Source of the DNA: Alphaproteobacteria bacterium
Lineage (GTDB): Bacteria > Pseudomonadota > Alphaproteobacteria > Puniceispirillales > Puniceispirillaceae
Direction: 5' to 3'
Assembly (NCBI GenBank): GCA_038147495.1
Contig: JAYQTT010000007.1
Location: 9,192-73,191, forward strand
Length of the DNA: 64,000 bases
Shown in pieces: positions 39,681 through 48,804 of the stretch (within the stretch, counting starts at the first letter, position 1; each line of letters starts with the position of its first letter). Made by a program: the position numbers and the translations under genes. The notes below the pieces were generated by a model that did not search any database, was not told where the DNA came from, and saw only the letters and a list, made by a program, of their open reading frames with translations.

Positions 39681-41045
39681 TCAATCTAATGCACCCGTGG
39701 CTGATTTAAGAAACATCACCAAATCACGCCGGTCCTGCGGATCTTTCATGCGCTGGATGGGCATTTTTGTCCCTGGGGTTACGACATCAGGCCCCTCATC
39801 AAAGAGCTGGCTGATCGTTGTCTCATCCCATACGATTTGCGAGTCCAGCAAGGCCTTCGAATATGGATAGCCTTCAAGGGTGCCAGCCTGCCGCCCGAAA
39901 ACCCCATAAAGCGTTGGCCCGGCACGTCGTTTTCCATCCGGCTCAAGCGTATGGCAAACACTGCATTTGCGGGCAAATTGCCGTTCGCCATTGCTCATCG
40001 CAACTGTCGGATGAAAGCGCCTCGGTTTGCCGGGCGTGTCCAGAATTTCCGGCGGAAATTCAAAGATGGCCCATTGCGTTATATGATCATCAAGGCTGCC
40101 AATCATCAAGGATTCGCCTCTTGGCATGACCAGCATGCTCCAGACCGGGCCATTCGCCGCCCGAAAATCACGAAGCACGCTCCAGTCACGGGTGTCAGCA
40201 AGCATCACCCTGCCTTTTGCCGTGCCGAAACCAATCATGTTGTCTCGGCTGTTGTAATGAACAGTCAACACCGGCGCGCGTTCATCGCCAAAGCGAAGAA
40301 GCTCTCTTTGATCAGACAGCCGCAACACATACATACCGCCATCGGTGCCGCCATAAGCGAGCATGTCGCGCGACTCGTCAATTTCAAACACGGTCACACC
40401 CCAACCATTGCGAACAAGTGATCGCAAATACTCGCCATTCGACAATCGCCATAGTCTGATGTCGCCGTCATAGCCAGCGCTGTAAATATGCGTCAGGTCG
40501 TCAGAAAACCTCACCATATTGACCGGGCCATCATGTCCGGTGATGAATTTGTCGATTTGCCCGTTACCAGCCTTATCGAGCTGCCAGACGCCGATAGACC
40601 CGTCCCAGCTTGCCGATGCAAGCATACTGCCATCGGTCGCGTAGGAAAGACCGACAACCTTGCCTTTATGGCCGGACAGTATGTGTGGCTCTGCCGAATC
40701 CGGGTCTGCCAGAACCTCTGCCATATCCCATAACAGAATAAGACCATCATCGCCCGCGGTTGCGAGCTGTGAGCCATCAGGTGAGAAAGCCGCCACATTG
40801 ACGGCCGCTTCATGCCCATAAAGGGTGGATTTTGCCGCAATGCTGTTGGTCGTCCACACAACCACCGTGTAATCAAAGCTGGCGCTGACCATCCATTGGC
40901 GATCAGGCGATATTGCCAAGCCCTTCACCGGGCCACCATGCGCGGTGAAGGTTTCAAAGGCAATTGCGGGATGTGTGCCCAGCTTTATGAGGCCACCACA
41001 AAGAGCGGCCACACAAAAACAGAAACGGATGAACCACAGCATCAC
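39681..41045 (-). CDS. Periplasmic WD40 beta-propeller fused to a C-terminal class I cytochrome c domain
   Basis: Signal peptide, then repeated WD-type blades (DYTVVVW, DGLILLWD, DGSIGVWQ, DGDIRLWR). The C-terminus has CSVCH heme motif ..GPTLYGVFGRQAG..PGTKMP. Confidence 0.8.
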   Translation of the reverse strand: MMLWFIRFCFCVAALCGGLIKLGTHPAIAFETFTAHGGPVKGLAISPDRQWMVSASFDYTVVVWTTNSIAAKSTLYGHEAAVNVAAFSPDGSQLATAGDDGLILLWDMAEVLADPDSAEPHILSGHKGKVVGLSYATDGSMLASASWDGSIGVWQLDKAGNGQIDKFITGHDGPVNMVRFSDDLTHIYSAGYDGDIRLWRLSNGEYLRSLVRNGWGVTVFEIDESRDMLAYGGTDGGMYVLRLSDQRELLRFGDERAPVLTVHYNSRDNMIGFGTAKGRVMLADTRDWSVLRDFRAANGPVWSMLVMPRGESLMIGSLDDHITQWAIFEFPPEILDTPGKPRRFHPTVAMSNGERQFARKCSVCHTLEPDGKRRAGPTLYGVFGRQAGTLEGYPYSKALLDSQIVWDETTISQLFDEGPDVVTPGTKMPIQRMKDPQDRRDLVMFLKSATGALD

Positions 41046-41080
41046 AGCACTAAACGCCAGCCTAACACACCCTGCATTGG

Positions 41081-42142
41081 TTATTCCGCAGGACTGGCCG
41101 CATCCTTGGCTTTCTGCTGTTCTTCCTCAACCCACAGATTGTGGTGTTCCTTGGCCCAGTTGAGATCGACCTCACCGGTATGCATCGCATCAATGGCACC
41201 TTCCATACCGACCGAGCCGATATAAATGTGTGCGATAATCATTGAGATCAGAACCAGAGACACAATGCCATGCCACAGCTGATTGAACTGCTGTTCCTGC
41301 ATCGGCGTCAGATCGGTTGGCAGGCTAAAGCCAACGCTGTTCAACAGAGTAAATGTGTCAGCAAACATCGTTGTCTGGAATGGGAACATCAGGGCGATGC
41401 CCGACATGCTGACTGACAGACCACCGATCATTGTAACCCAAAAGATGATTTTCTGGCCGGCGTTGAACTTCTTTGCTGGCGGATGAACGCCTTTTTTCAG
41501 GATGCCGCCGCCCTGACGCAGCCATTCAAGATCAATCTTGGACGGAATATTGTGCCGCACCCAAAGCAAGAATGACAGGCCAAGACCAAGCATGAAAGCA
41601 AAAGCGAGGTAGTTATGTGCGTATTTGCCACCAGCTGTAAGCGCCGAGAACGCCTCCGGACCGATTAGGGGCAACAGCACATAACGGCCATAGAGCATGT
41701 TAAGCCCGGTGAGACCAAGCACAACAAAGGAGCCTGCCATCAACCAATGGGCAAAGCGGTCAATTGAGCCAAATCTGAGAATGGTTTTGCCAGCCGGACC
41801 CTTTTCAATCCTGATTTTGCCGCGAACCATGTAGAACATGACCAAAACAAACAGGATGATGAACATCAGAAACGCACCGATATTTGACACCGGACCGTTA
41901 CGCAGGGCACGCCAATTGTCGCCCTCAGACTGGATCATCACAGCGCTCAATTCGTTTTTCATCGAAACTGAGCCGGCGTTGCCTGTTCGAACAAAGCGCC
42001 ACAGATCGGTGTCAGACTTGATGCCCAGCGACTGCCCGGGCACTTCGCCCTGCTGTTGCGCATTGGCGACTGTCGACAATGTCATCATGCCACCGAATAG
42101 GGTGCATAGAAGGGCAAAAACGGTGAATATTCTGCTAATCAT
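41081..42142 (-). CDS. Formate dehydrogenase gamma (cytochrome b) subunit with a ~110-aa periplasmic N-terminal extension
   Basis: 353 aa with a signal peptide and four or more TM helices carrying conserved His (FAHWLM, YAHNYL, IAHIYIGS). It lies downstream of the alpha and beta subunits. Confidence 0.75.
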   Translation of the reverse strand: MISRIFTVFALLCTLFGGMMTLSTVANAQQQGEVPGQSLGIKSDTDLWRFVRTGNAGSVSMKNELSAVMIQSEGDNWRALRNGPVSNIGAFLMFIILFVLVMFYMVRGKIRIEKGPAGKTILRFGSIDRFAHWLMAGSFVVLGLTGLNMLYGRYVLLPLIGPEAFSALTAGGKYAHNYLAFAFMLGLGLSFLLWVRHNIPSKIDLEWLRQGGGILKKGVHPPAKKFNAGQKIIFWVTMIGGLSVSMSGIALMFPFQTTMFADTFTLLNSVGFSLPTDLTPMQEQQFNQLWHGIVSLVLISMIIAHIYIGSVGMEGAIDAMHTGEVDLNWAKEHHNLWVEEEQQKAKDAASPAE

Positions 42143-42166
42143 CTCGGGCCTCCCTAAAATAATGGC

Positions 42167-42352
42167 CTAGTAACCGCTTTGCAGGCGGGACCTGTTTGCA
42201 AGCTCGTTCAGCTGCTCCGCGCTCAACGCGGTATCAGCTTGTCCAAGATATGTTCCCTTTTCATAGGACAGTAATCGGCCTTGTTCTTCCTCACGGCATG
42301 ACGATGTGGCAATGGCCATGATCCCGATAACCGCAAAGGTCACCAATTTCAT
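42167..42352 (-). CDS. 61-aa putative lipoprotein
   Basis: MKLVTFAVIGIMAIATSSC.. is lipobox-like, with a ggaggg RBS upstream. It lies between the FDH beta and gamma genes. The track shows a longer 111-aa ORF. Confidence 0.4.
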   Translation of the reverse strand: MKLVTFAVIGIMAIATSSCREEEQGRLLSYEKGTYLGQADTALSAEQLNELANRSRLQSGY

Positions 42353-42465
42353 ACATATGTGACGCACAATACCGCCCTCCAGTGTTTTTCCAAAAAAGGG
42401 AAACTTAAAAAAATAAAGAAAGGCGGGCCTCCCAAAACAGAGAGACCCGCTCATTTTTGAATGCG

Positions 42466-43056
42466 TTAGCTCTTGATCGAGTAGGCTGTACCCCAGCCCC
42501 ACGCTCCAGAACCGAAGCCGCGTGCAACCACACGCTCGCGGAAGATGTTGGAGACCTGATCACCATCACCTGCCAACAGAGCTTTGGTCGAGCACATTTC
42601 CGCACAGATCGGCAGCTTGCCTTCAGCAAGACGGTTCCGACCATATTTCTGGAACTCGGCATCGGAGATATCTTCCTCCGGACCACCGGCGCAGAAGGTA
42701 CATTTGTCCATCTTGCCGCGTGAACCATAGTTTCCAGCTTGCGGATATTGAGGTGCACCGAACGGACATGCGTAGAAGCAGTAACCACAGCCAATACACA
42801 GATCCTTCGAATGCAACACGACACCCTGATCTGTCTGGTAGAAGCAATCTACCGGGCAGACGGCCATACATGGCGCATCAGAACAATGCATACAGGCCAC
42901 AGAGATTGAACGCTCTCCCGGCTTGCCATCCTGAATGGTGACAACCCGGCGCCGGTTCACGCCCCACGGCACCTCATGCTCGTTCTTACAGGCGGTAACA
43001 CAAGCATTACATTCGATACAGCGTTCTGCATCACAGAGGAACTTCATTCGTGCCAT
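42466..43056 (-). CDS. Formate dehydrogenase beta (4x[4Fe-4S] ferredoxin-type) subunit
   Basis: 196 aa with CxxCxxCxxxC clusters (CIECNACVTAC, CMHCSDAPC, CIGCGYCFYAC, CTFC). Confidence 0.85.
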   Translation of the reverse strand: MARMKFLCDAERCIECNACVTACKNEHEVPWGVNRRRVVTIQDGKPGERSISVACMHCSDAPCMAVCPVDCFYQTDQGVVLHSKDLCIGCGYCFYACPFGAPQYPQAGNYGSRGKMDKCTFCAGGPEEDISDAEFQKYGRNRLAEGKLPICAEMCSTKALLAGDGDQVSNIFRERVVARGFGSGAWGWGTAYSIKS

Positions 43057-43067
43057 TATTACCTCCC

Positions 43068-45959
43068 TTACGCCCGCTCAATTGAACACAGGGAACATTT
43101 AGATTCCTGCATCAATGTCACGGAGTCATAACCATATGTCATGGCTGTGTTTGCTGATTCACCAAGCACATAAGGGTCTGCCCCCCCAGGATACTTGGAC
43201 CGGAGATCCTTACCTTCCATGTGACCACCAAAGTGGAATGGCAGGAAGGCCACACCTCTGGCAACACGCTCGGTGACTTGTGCCATCACCTTAATCCGCG
43301 CACCTTCCGGTGTGTTCACCCAAACCATGTCGCCATCGCGAATTGAATTCGAGTTGGCGTCAAATGGATTGATCTCCACGAACATGTCCTGCTGGAGTTC
43401 AGCAAGCCATGGGTTTGACCGTGTTTCGTCACCACCGCCTTCATATTCAACAAGACGACCAGATGTGAGAATCATCGGATAGTTAGCCGTGTGATCAACA
43501 TCCTGGATAGACTTGTAGAGGGTCGGCAGACGATACAGCTTCCTGTCTGAATAGGTCGGATAGTCGGCGACCAGATCACGACGAGAGGTGTAAAGTGGCT
43601 CACGATGCAGCGGAATTGGATCCGGGAATGTCCAGACCTTCACCCGTGCTTTCGCGTTACCGAACGGTGCACAACCATGCTTGATGGCGACACGCTGGAT
43701 ACCGCCTGAAAGGTCAACCTTCCAGTTGGTTTTATCTCCGGCGATGCCTTCAATAGTGGCTTTCTCATCGGCGGTAAGGTCACCATCCCAGCCAAGCTTC
43801 TTAAGCATGGCCATGGTGAACTCCGGATAACCGTCTTTGATTTCCGATCCGACCGGATATGAACCCTCGGCCAACAGATTGTTGCCCTCATGCTCAACAC
43901 CGAAACGGGCACGGAAGCAAAGGCCACCTTCTGCCACTGGCTTGTTTGTGTCGTACAGCAACGGTGTGCCTGGATGACCCATTTCAGCCGTACCCCAGCA
44001 AGGCCAAGGCAGACCGTAATATTCACCATCAAGCTCGCCACCTACAGCCTGCAGCGTTGTCTTGTCAAAGACATGCTGATTGGCCATATGTGCCTTGATC
44101 CGCTCTGGTGACTGACCGGTATAACCAATCGTCCACATGCCGCCATTGAATTCGCGCGTCACGTCTTCGACCAAAGGCTCATCATTCTCAACCTTGATCT
44201 TGCGGAACATGCGATCGGCAAAGCCGAACTTCTTGGCAAACTTGTAGATGATGGTGTGGTCCGGCAGTGAGTCAAATGATGGCTCAATGATCTTCTCACG
44301 CCACTGCAGCGAACGGTTTGACGCAGTTACCGATCCATAAGTCTCGAACTGTGTCGTTGCCGGCAGCAGGTAAACTCCATCGGTACGATCAGAAAGAACA
44401 GCAGAAACAGTCGGATATGGATCGATCACAACCATCAGGTCGAGCTTTTCCATCGCCGTCTTCATTTCCTTCATACGGGTTTGTGAGTTCGGCGCATGGC
44501 CCCAGAACACCATAGCCCGCAGATTGTCTGGCTGGTCAATGTTGTCCTTGTCCTCAAGAACACCGTCAATCCAGCGTGATACCGGAATACCCTTCATGTT
44601 CATCAGGCTCTTATTCTTGCCATCCGATCCTTTGATAGAGTCAAACCGACCTTTCAGCCAATCAATGTCCTCACCCCAGACACGCGCCCAATGCTTCCAC
44701 GCGCCCGCTGACAGGCCATAATAGCCGGGCAGTGAGTGTGAAAGGACACAGAAGTCTGTGGCACCTTGAACGTTACAGTGACCGCGGAAGATGTTTGCAC
44801 CACCACCAGCTGTGCCCATGTTGCCCAGCGCGAGCTGAAGCGCACAATATGCACGGGTGTTGTTGTTACCGTTAGTGTGCTGTGTTCCACCCATACACCA
44901 GATAAAGGTGCCCGGACGGTTGTTGGCCATGATCTGGGCAACCCGCTTGAGCTGTGAGCCGGGAACACCGGTAACGCGCTCAGTTTCTTCGGGGGTCCAT
45001 TTCCTGACCTCTTCCAACACGTCTTCCATTCCGTAAACACGCTGGCGGATGAACTCTTTATCCTCCCAGCCGTTCTCGAAAATGTGCCACATGATACCCC
45101 AGATCAGAGCAACGTCTGAACCCGGACGGAAGCGCACATACTCGTCTGCATGCGCTGCCGTACGTGTAAAGCGCGGATCACAAACAATCACAGGCGCATT
45201 GTTTTGCTCCTTGGCTTTCAACACATGCATCAGCGAAACAGGGTGCGCTTCTGCAGGGTTGCCACCAATGATGAAAATCGCACGTGAATTGTGGATATCA
45301 TTGTAGGAGTTGGTCATCGCACCATAGCCCCAGGTGTTAGCAACACCGGCAACTGTGGTTGAGTGACAAATACGAGCCTGGTGGTCACCGTTGTTCGTAC
45401 CCCAATAAGCGTAGAACTTCCGGAACAGATAGGCCTGCTCGTTGCTATGCTTTGCTGAACCAAGCCAGTAAACCGAGTCAGGACCTGATTTTTCGCGAAT
45501 ATCGAGCATTTGATCGCCGATTTCGTTAATCGCATCATCCCAGCTAATCCGTGTCCATTTGCCACCGACAAGCTTCATTGGATATTTCAGGCGACGCTCG
45601 CCACTCGCTGTTTCTCTAACCGAAGCACCCTTGGCGCAATGTGAACCAAGGTTGATCGGGCTGTCCCAGCCGGGCTCTTGTCCTGTCCAGACGCCGTTTT
45701 GCACTTCTGCCACGACGGTACAACCGACAGAGCAGTGAGTACAAACAGACTTCTTGATTACCGCCGCAGCCGAAGCACCAGCCGCCTTGGCCGGGGTAAC
45801 GCTTGGGCCCACAAGGGTCGCAGCAGCAGCCAAACCACCGATCGCAAGTCCCGACCCACGCAAGAAAGTGCGTCTGTCGACAACCGCTTCAACGGCCTGG
45901 CCAAGGAAAGATGATGACTGGGGGCCTCTCGCAACCCCGGACGTCTTCTTTCTAAGCAT
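43068..45959 (-). CDS. Tat-exported formate dehydrogenase-like molybdopterin oxidoreductase, alpha subunit (Cys-type)
   Basis: 963 aa. Twin-arginine signal RRTFLRGSGLAIGGLAAAA..AKA, N-terminal CTHCSVGC..C FeS motif, and QARICHSTTVAG where Sec-type FDH-N has U. There is no in-frame TGA. Confidence 0.85.
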   Translation of the reverse strand: MLRKKTSGVARGPQSSSFLGQAVEAVVDRRTFLRGSGLAIGGLAAAATLVGPSVTPAKAAGASAAAVIKKSVCTHCSVGCTVVAEVQNGVWTGQEPGWDSPINLGSHCAKGASVRETASGERRLKYPMKLVGGKWTRISWDDAINEIGDQMLDIREKSGPDSVYWLGSAKHSNEQAYLFRKFYAYWGTNNGDHQARICHSTTVAGVANTWGYGAMTNSYNDIHNSRAIFIIGGNPAEAHPVSLMHVLKAKEQNNAPVIVCDPRFTRTAAHADEYVRFRPGSDVALIWGIMWHIFENGWEDKEFIRQRVYGMEDVLEEVRKWTPEETERVTGVPGSQLKRVAQIMANNRPGTFIWCMGGTQHTNGNNNTRAYCALQLALGNMGTAGGGANIFRGHCNVQGATDFCVLSHSLPGYYGLSAGAWKHWARVWGEDIDWLKGRFDSIKGSDGKNKSLMNMKGIPVSRWIDGVLEDKDNIDQPDNLRAMVFWGHAPNSQTRMKEMKTAMEKLDLMVVIDPYPTVSAVLSDRTDGVYLLPATTQFETYGSVTASNRSLQWREKIIEPSFDSLPDHTIIYKFAKKFGFADRMFRKIKVENDEPLVEDVTREFNGGMWTIGYTGQSPERIKAHMANQHVFDKTTLQAVGGELDGEYYGLPWPCWGTAEMGHPGTPLLYDTNKPVAEGGLCFRARFGVEHEGNNLLAEGSYPVGSEIKDGYPEFTMAMLKKLGWDGDLTADEKATIEGIAGDKTNWKVDLSGGIQRVAIKHGCAPFGNAKARVKVWTFPDPIPLHREPLYTSRRDLVADYPTYSDRKLYRLPTLYKSIQDVDHTANYPMILTSGRLVEYEGGGDETRSNPWLAELQQDMFVEINPFDANSNSIRDGDMVWVNTPEGARIKVMAQVTERVARGVAFLPFHFGGHMEGKDLRSKYPGGADPYVLGESANTAMTYGYDSVTLMQESKCSLCSIERA

Positions 45960-46005
45960 TTGTTTCCTCCAGAAAATAATAGGTTATCCTACAAATTCAA
46001 TAATT

Positions 46006-46203
46006 CTAGAAACGCGCAAGATCGTAATAGGTCTTGACGTGACTAGTTAGACGGTAACCGTCTCCCTTTGGCTCCACCACTGGTGTTGCCGAGGCTGTCT
46101 TGCCAACAAGCATCGTACCACCTGCCACTGCCGCGCCTGTGGCGGACAGTTTCAGAAAGTCACGACGACCCGTCTGCTTTTCTTCAACCTTGTCACTCTT
46201 CAT
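46006..46203 (-). CDS. Small Tat-signal protein of the formate dehydrogenase region (TIGR02811-like, from memory)
   Basis: 65 aa. RRDFLKLSATGAAVAGG Tat signal and a C-terminal YRLTSHVKTYY motif, matching the remembered Y-[HRK]-x-[TS]-x-H-[IV]-x-x-[YF]-Y signature. Confidence 0.7.
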   Translation of the reverse strand: MKSDKVEEKQTGRRDFLKLSATGAAVAGGTMLVGKTASATPVVEPKGDGYRLTSHVKTYYDLARF

Positions 46204-46249
46204 TCTTACCTCCCTGTTTTCTCAACATTGAGACCATCCAACCGTGCAG

Positions 46250-46873
46250 CTATTGCCGCATGGTCAAATCCATTTCGAAAGCCTGGCTCTCGATTTCCAG
46301 AAACAACCGACCCATGGTGCCCACTGGCGCATAGAAGACTGCACTTTGCGCCTCTTCGATGTCACGCATCAACAGATGCGCCCAAGGTGCGATGTGTTTC
46401 TCAAAAAAACTCTTTTGTTCGGCAACGCTGTAGGCCCGACCATATGTGCCTTTGATCAAACCTGCCATCATGTCAAAAAGGCTGGCGATGTGATCTTCTG
46501 GCTCCTTGACGCCCTCTGCACGCTTCATACCAATCGCGTTCATATCATTACGCAGATTGGCAAGCGGCCGGTCATTCAAAAATCCGGTCAAATAGTAGGA
46601 CGCGAAAGGAAGAACTTCACCGCGCCCGACACCAACAAACAATTCCACATATTCGTTTCGGACGATGCCAGCGTCCAGTGAACGCGCCAGCTTTGCCAAA
46701 GTTGCACAAGCCGCGCCAATCGGTGTGTCATCGCCCTCTAGAGACTGCACCTGCTGTAGCAATGCATCGTTGGGCTCAACACGCAATAGCGAGCCTAAAA
46801 ACCCATACATATCAGCTCTCAGCGCGTCTTCCTCTGAGATGCCTAGTGTGGCGTTTTCCATCGTTAAAGCCAT
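46250..46873 (-). CDS. TorD/DmsD-family redox-enzyme maturation chaperone
   Basis: 207 aa; RADMYGFLGSLL, EYVELFVG and EPEDHIASLFDMMAGL motifs. Confidence 0.75.
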   Translation of the reverse strand: MALTMENATLGISEEDALRADMYGFLGSLLRVEPNDALLQQVQSLEGDDTPIGAACATLAKLARSLDAGIVRNEYVELFVGVGRGEVLPFASYYLTGFLNDRPLANLRNDMNAIGMKRAEGVKEPEDHIASLFDMMAGLIKGTYGRAYSVAEQKSFFEKHIAPWAHLLMRDIEEAQSAVFYAPVGTMGRLFLEIESQAFEMDLTMRQ

Positions 46874-46974
46874 ACACCCTCCTTGACTTAATAAAACACG
46901 CTATCACAGGTAAAACCACCTCACAACAGCAAGGGAGACGCTACGGCCTATTTTAGGAATTTTTTTTCATCGGT

Positions 46975-47027
46975 AAAAACGAAGGCTGCTCAATGCGCCG
47001 TCGCGACAGCATTTCAAGCCGTTTTTT
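46975..47027 (-). terminator. Imperfect A/T-flanked hairpin between the DUF3306-like gene and the TorD-like gene
   Basis: aaaaac-GAAGGCTGCTCAATGC..GCATTTCAAGCCG-tttttt. The pairing is imperfect, so it may be only an attenuator. Confidence 0.35.
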
Positions 47028-47032
47028 GAGAA

Positions 47033-47896
47033 TCAAGTGGGTCGTTTGAACGCCATCCGCTTTGGCTTTATAGATTGTTTTTCTTGATAAAACCCTATGT
47101 TTTGCTCGGAGCCTTCTGGCAACACCTTCTCGCCTTTCACACCATCTGAAAGCGCATCCAAAGGCACGCTCTCACCCGCATCTTGTAAAGAATCTTTTGC
47201 AGATTGCGGCAAAATGTCTTCATTTTCGGTTGCGGGCAGCTCGCCACGCGGGTCATCGGGCAAAGACGCAGTCGCGGCTTCATTTTCAGGACCCTGACGC
47301 CGATCATTCCCAGCGACATCATTCGTCTCGGAGACATCATTTCCATTGGTGTCATCTTCGCCAGCCCCCGAACCAACACCTTTGGTCACTGGTGCGGTGG
47401 TATCTTCATCCAGACCTTCCACATCGCCCATTTCGTCCAGCTTGTCTTTGGCTTTTTGCAAATACCCCTTGCCGACCTGATAGGCTGTTTGCAGGCCGTC
47501 CACGACTGTCGCGGCGTCTGTGTAATCCTCGCCATATTCAACCATTTCATCGGCAAAGCGGAACAACGGATTCAAACGCCAGACGCGGCGGAGCGCCAAT
47601 CGCCGCAACCGCTCTGGCATGTCACCTTGAAAAAACCTGTCCAATCCAGCTTCATCCTCGATTGTCTCTGGATCGGGAAGGTCATATTTCTCAAGGAGTT
47701 CAGCTTCACTCAAGGCATCGTCAGCATCATTTTCCGTTAACCCCTCACCAGAACTGGATATCTCTTCCGTATCGGTATCGGCAGGCTCAACAATCGGTGG
47801 CGAAACCTCACCGCGGCTTTCGGCTGCAACCCGCGCCCGACGCCGGTTGAGACGGTCAATCAAGCTTTCAGGCTTGTCATTTGGTTTTTCCGACAT
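47033..47896 (-). CDS. DUF3306-like acidic protein (family from memory)
   Basis: 287 aa. Conserved-looking core DLPDPETIEDEAGLDRFFQGDMPERLRRLALRRVWRLNP..YGEDYTD, then a long D/E-rich low-complexity tail. Confidence 0.55.
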   Translation of the reverse strand: MSEKPNDKPESLIDRLNRRRARVAAESRGEVSPPIVEPADTDTEEISSSGEGLTENDADDALSEAELLEKYDLPDPETIEDEAGLDRFFQGDMPERLRRLALRRVWRLNPLFRFADEMVEYGEDYTDAATVVDGLQTAYQVGKGYLQKAKDKLDEMGDVEGLDEDTTAPVTKGVGSGAGEDDTNGNDVSETNDVAGNDRRQGPENEAATASLPDDPRGELPATENEDILPQSAKDSLQDAGESVPLDALSDGVKGEKVLPEGSEQNIGFYQEKQSIKPKRMAFKRPT

Positions 47897-47952
47897 GTCT
47901 CAATTCACCGTTGTGTGGCCGGATTTTGTGGTCAATTTCATTTGTGGCCCGA

Positions 47953-48582
47953 TTACTGATAATCACGGCGCCGGGGCGCGTTGAACACATCATTTCGCCG
48001 TTCGAGGCGTGCATCGCCACGTCCAGCCTCGTGCTTATCAACGCGAACCCTATCACGTTTACGCTTTTTGAAAGGCTCAGGGTGATAATGCCTTTGAACG
48101 AACGCCTCAACAAATTCGGCGATCGGCCCCTGTAGCTGCAACTTTTCTACCTGATCTTCGCCACAATCCTCATAATCCTGAATATTGTAGGGTGACAGGC
48201 TTATTTCTGCGATGTGGATATCCGGGCCATCGCCCTCATCATCAACCTCATGATCATCACTGTTTTCATTGTTGCGAAGCACCAGATAAATTGACGGATC
48301 AGACGATGCCAGATTTTCGGCATAAGCCTCAGCCTCGGCCCGGTGCAAATCCAGTGACGCGTCTGCCGTGAACAGCATTGAAAGCCCATTGTCGCCAGCG
48401 CGAAGCGGCGTCAGCGGAATATCGTTGATTGGCGGCGCGCCTGTCCCAGCCTCAACAGATAACGGAATAAGATCGCTGATTACCCAACGGTGAGGCTTCC
48501 ATATATTGTCGAGCGGTTGACGCTCCACGATCACCCTAACGCCAAAGAGAACATGTTTATCATCAACCGTAGCTTTGACCAA
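47953..48582 (-). CDS. DUF3305-like protein (family from memory)
   Basis: 209 aa with a TTG start preceded by gaaggag. Paired with the DUF3306-like gene beside an FDH locus, as I recall for these families. Confidence 0.5.
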   Translation of the reverse strand: MVKATVDDKHVLFGVRVIVERQPLDNIWKPHRWVISDLIPLSVEAGTGAPPINDIPLTPLRAGDNGLSMLFTADASLDLHRAEAEAYAENLASSDPSIYLVLRNNENSDDHEVDDEGDGPDIHIAEISLSPYNIQDYEDCGEDQVEKLQLQGPIAEFVEAFVQRHYHPEPFKKRKRDRVRVDKHEAGRGDARLERRNDVFNAPRRRDYQ

Positions 48583-48804
48583 AAGAAGCTCCTTCAGGAG
48601 AGGTGTTGCGCTTCACAAACAGCCCCATAGAGTGCACTCAAACCTCTGTAACCACAAGAGGGCAGTCTGTGCTAGGTTGCGATCAGCTTGCAAATTCAGC
48701 AGTGCTAGTGCTTGCTTTCATATCACATGCCATTAAATCTATGTGCTAATATAGGTGGCGCATCAGACAAATGCACTGACAAGATAAAAGAGGTTTTGCT
48801 GGTT

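Noticed and set aside
43068-45959. Possible selenocysteine (TGA recoding plus SECIS) in the FDH alpha subunit
   Set aside because: The ORF is uninterrupted, and the position equivalent to Sec carries Cys (RICHSTT).
46874-47032. Possible Moco riboswitch upstream of the TorD-FDH genes
   Set aside because: I could not find the conserved Moco-motif elements. The region is better explained by an A/T-flanked hairpin and a promoter or leader. A covariance-model scan would settle it.
48719-48752. Imperfect palindrome ATATCACAT-N12-ATGTGCTAATAT upstream of the poly-ferredoxin gene, considered as a second Mo-box
   Set aside because: It shares no core with the perfect repeat at 55959-55996 and is too degenerate to call by eye.
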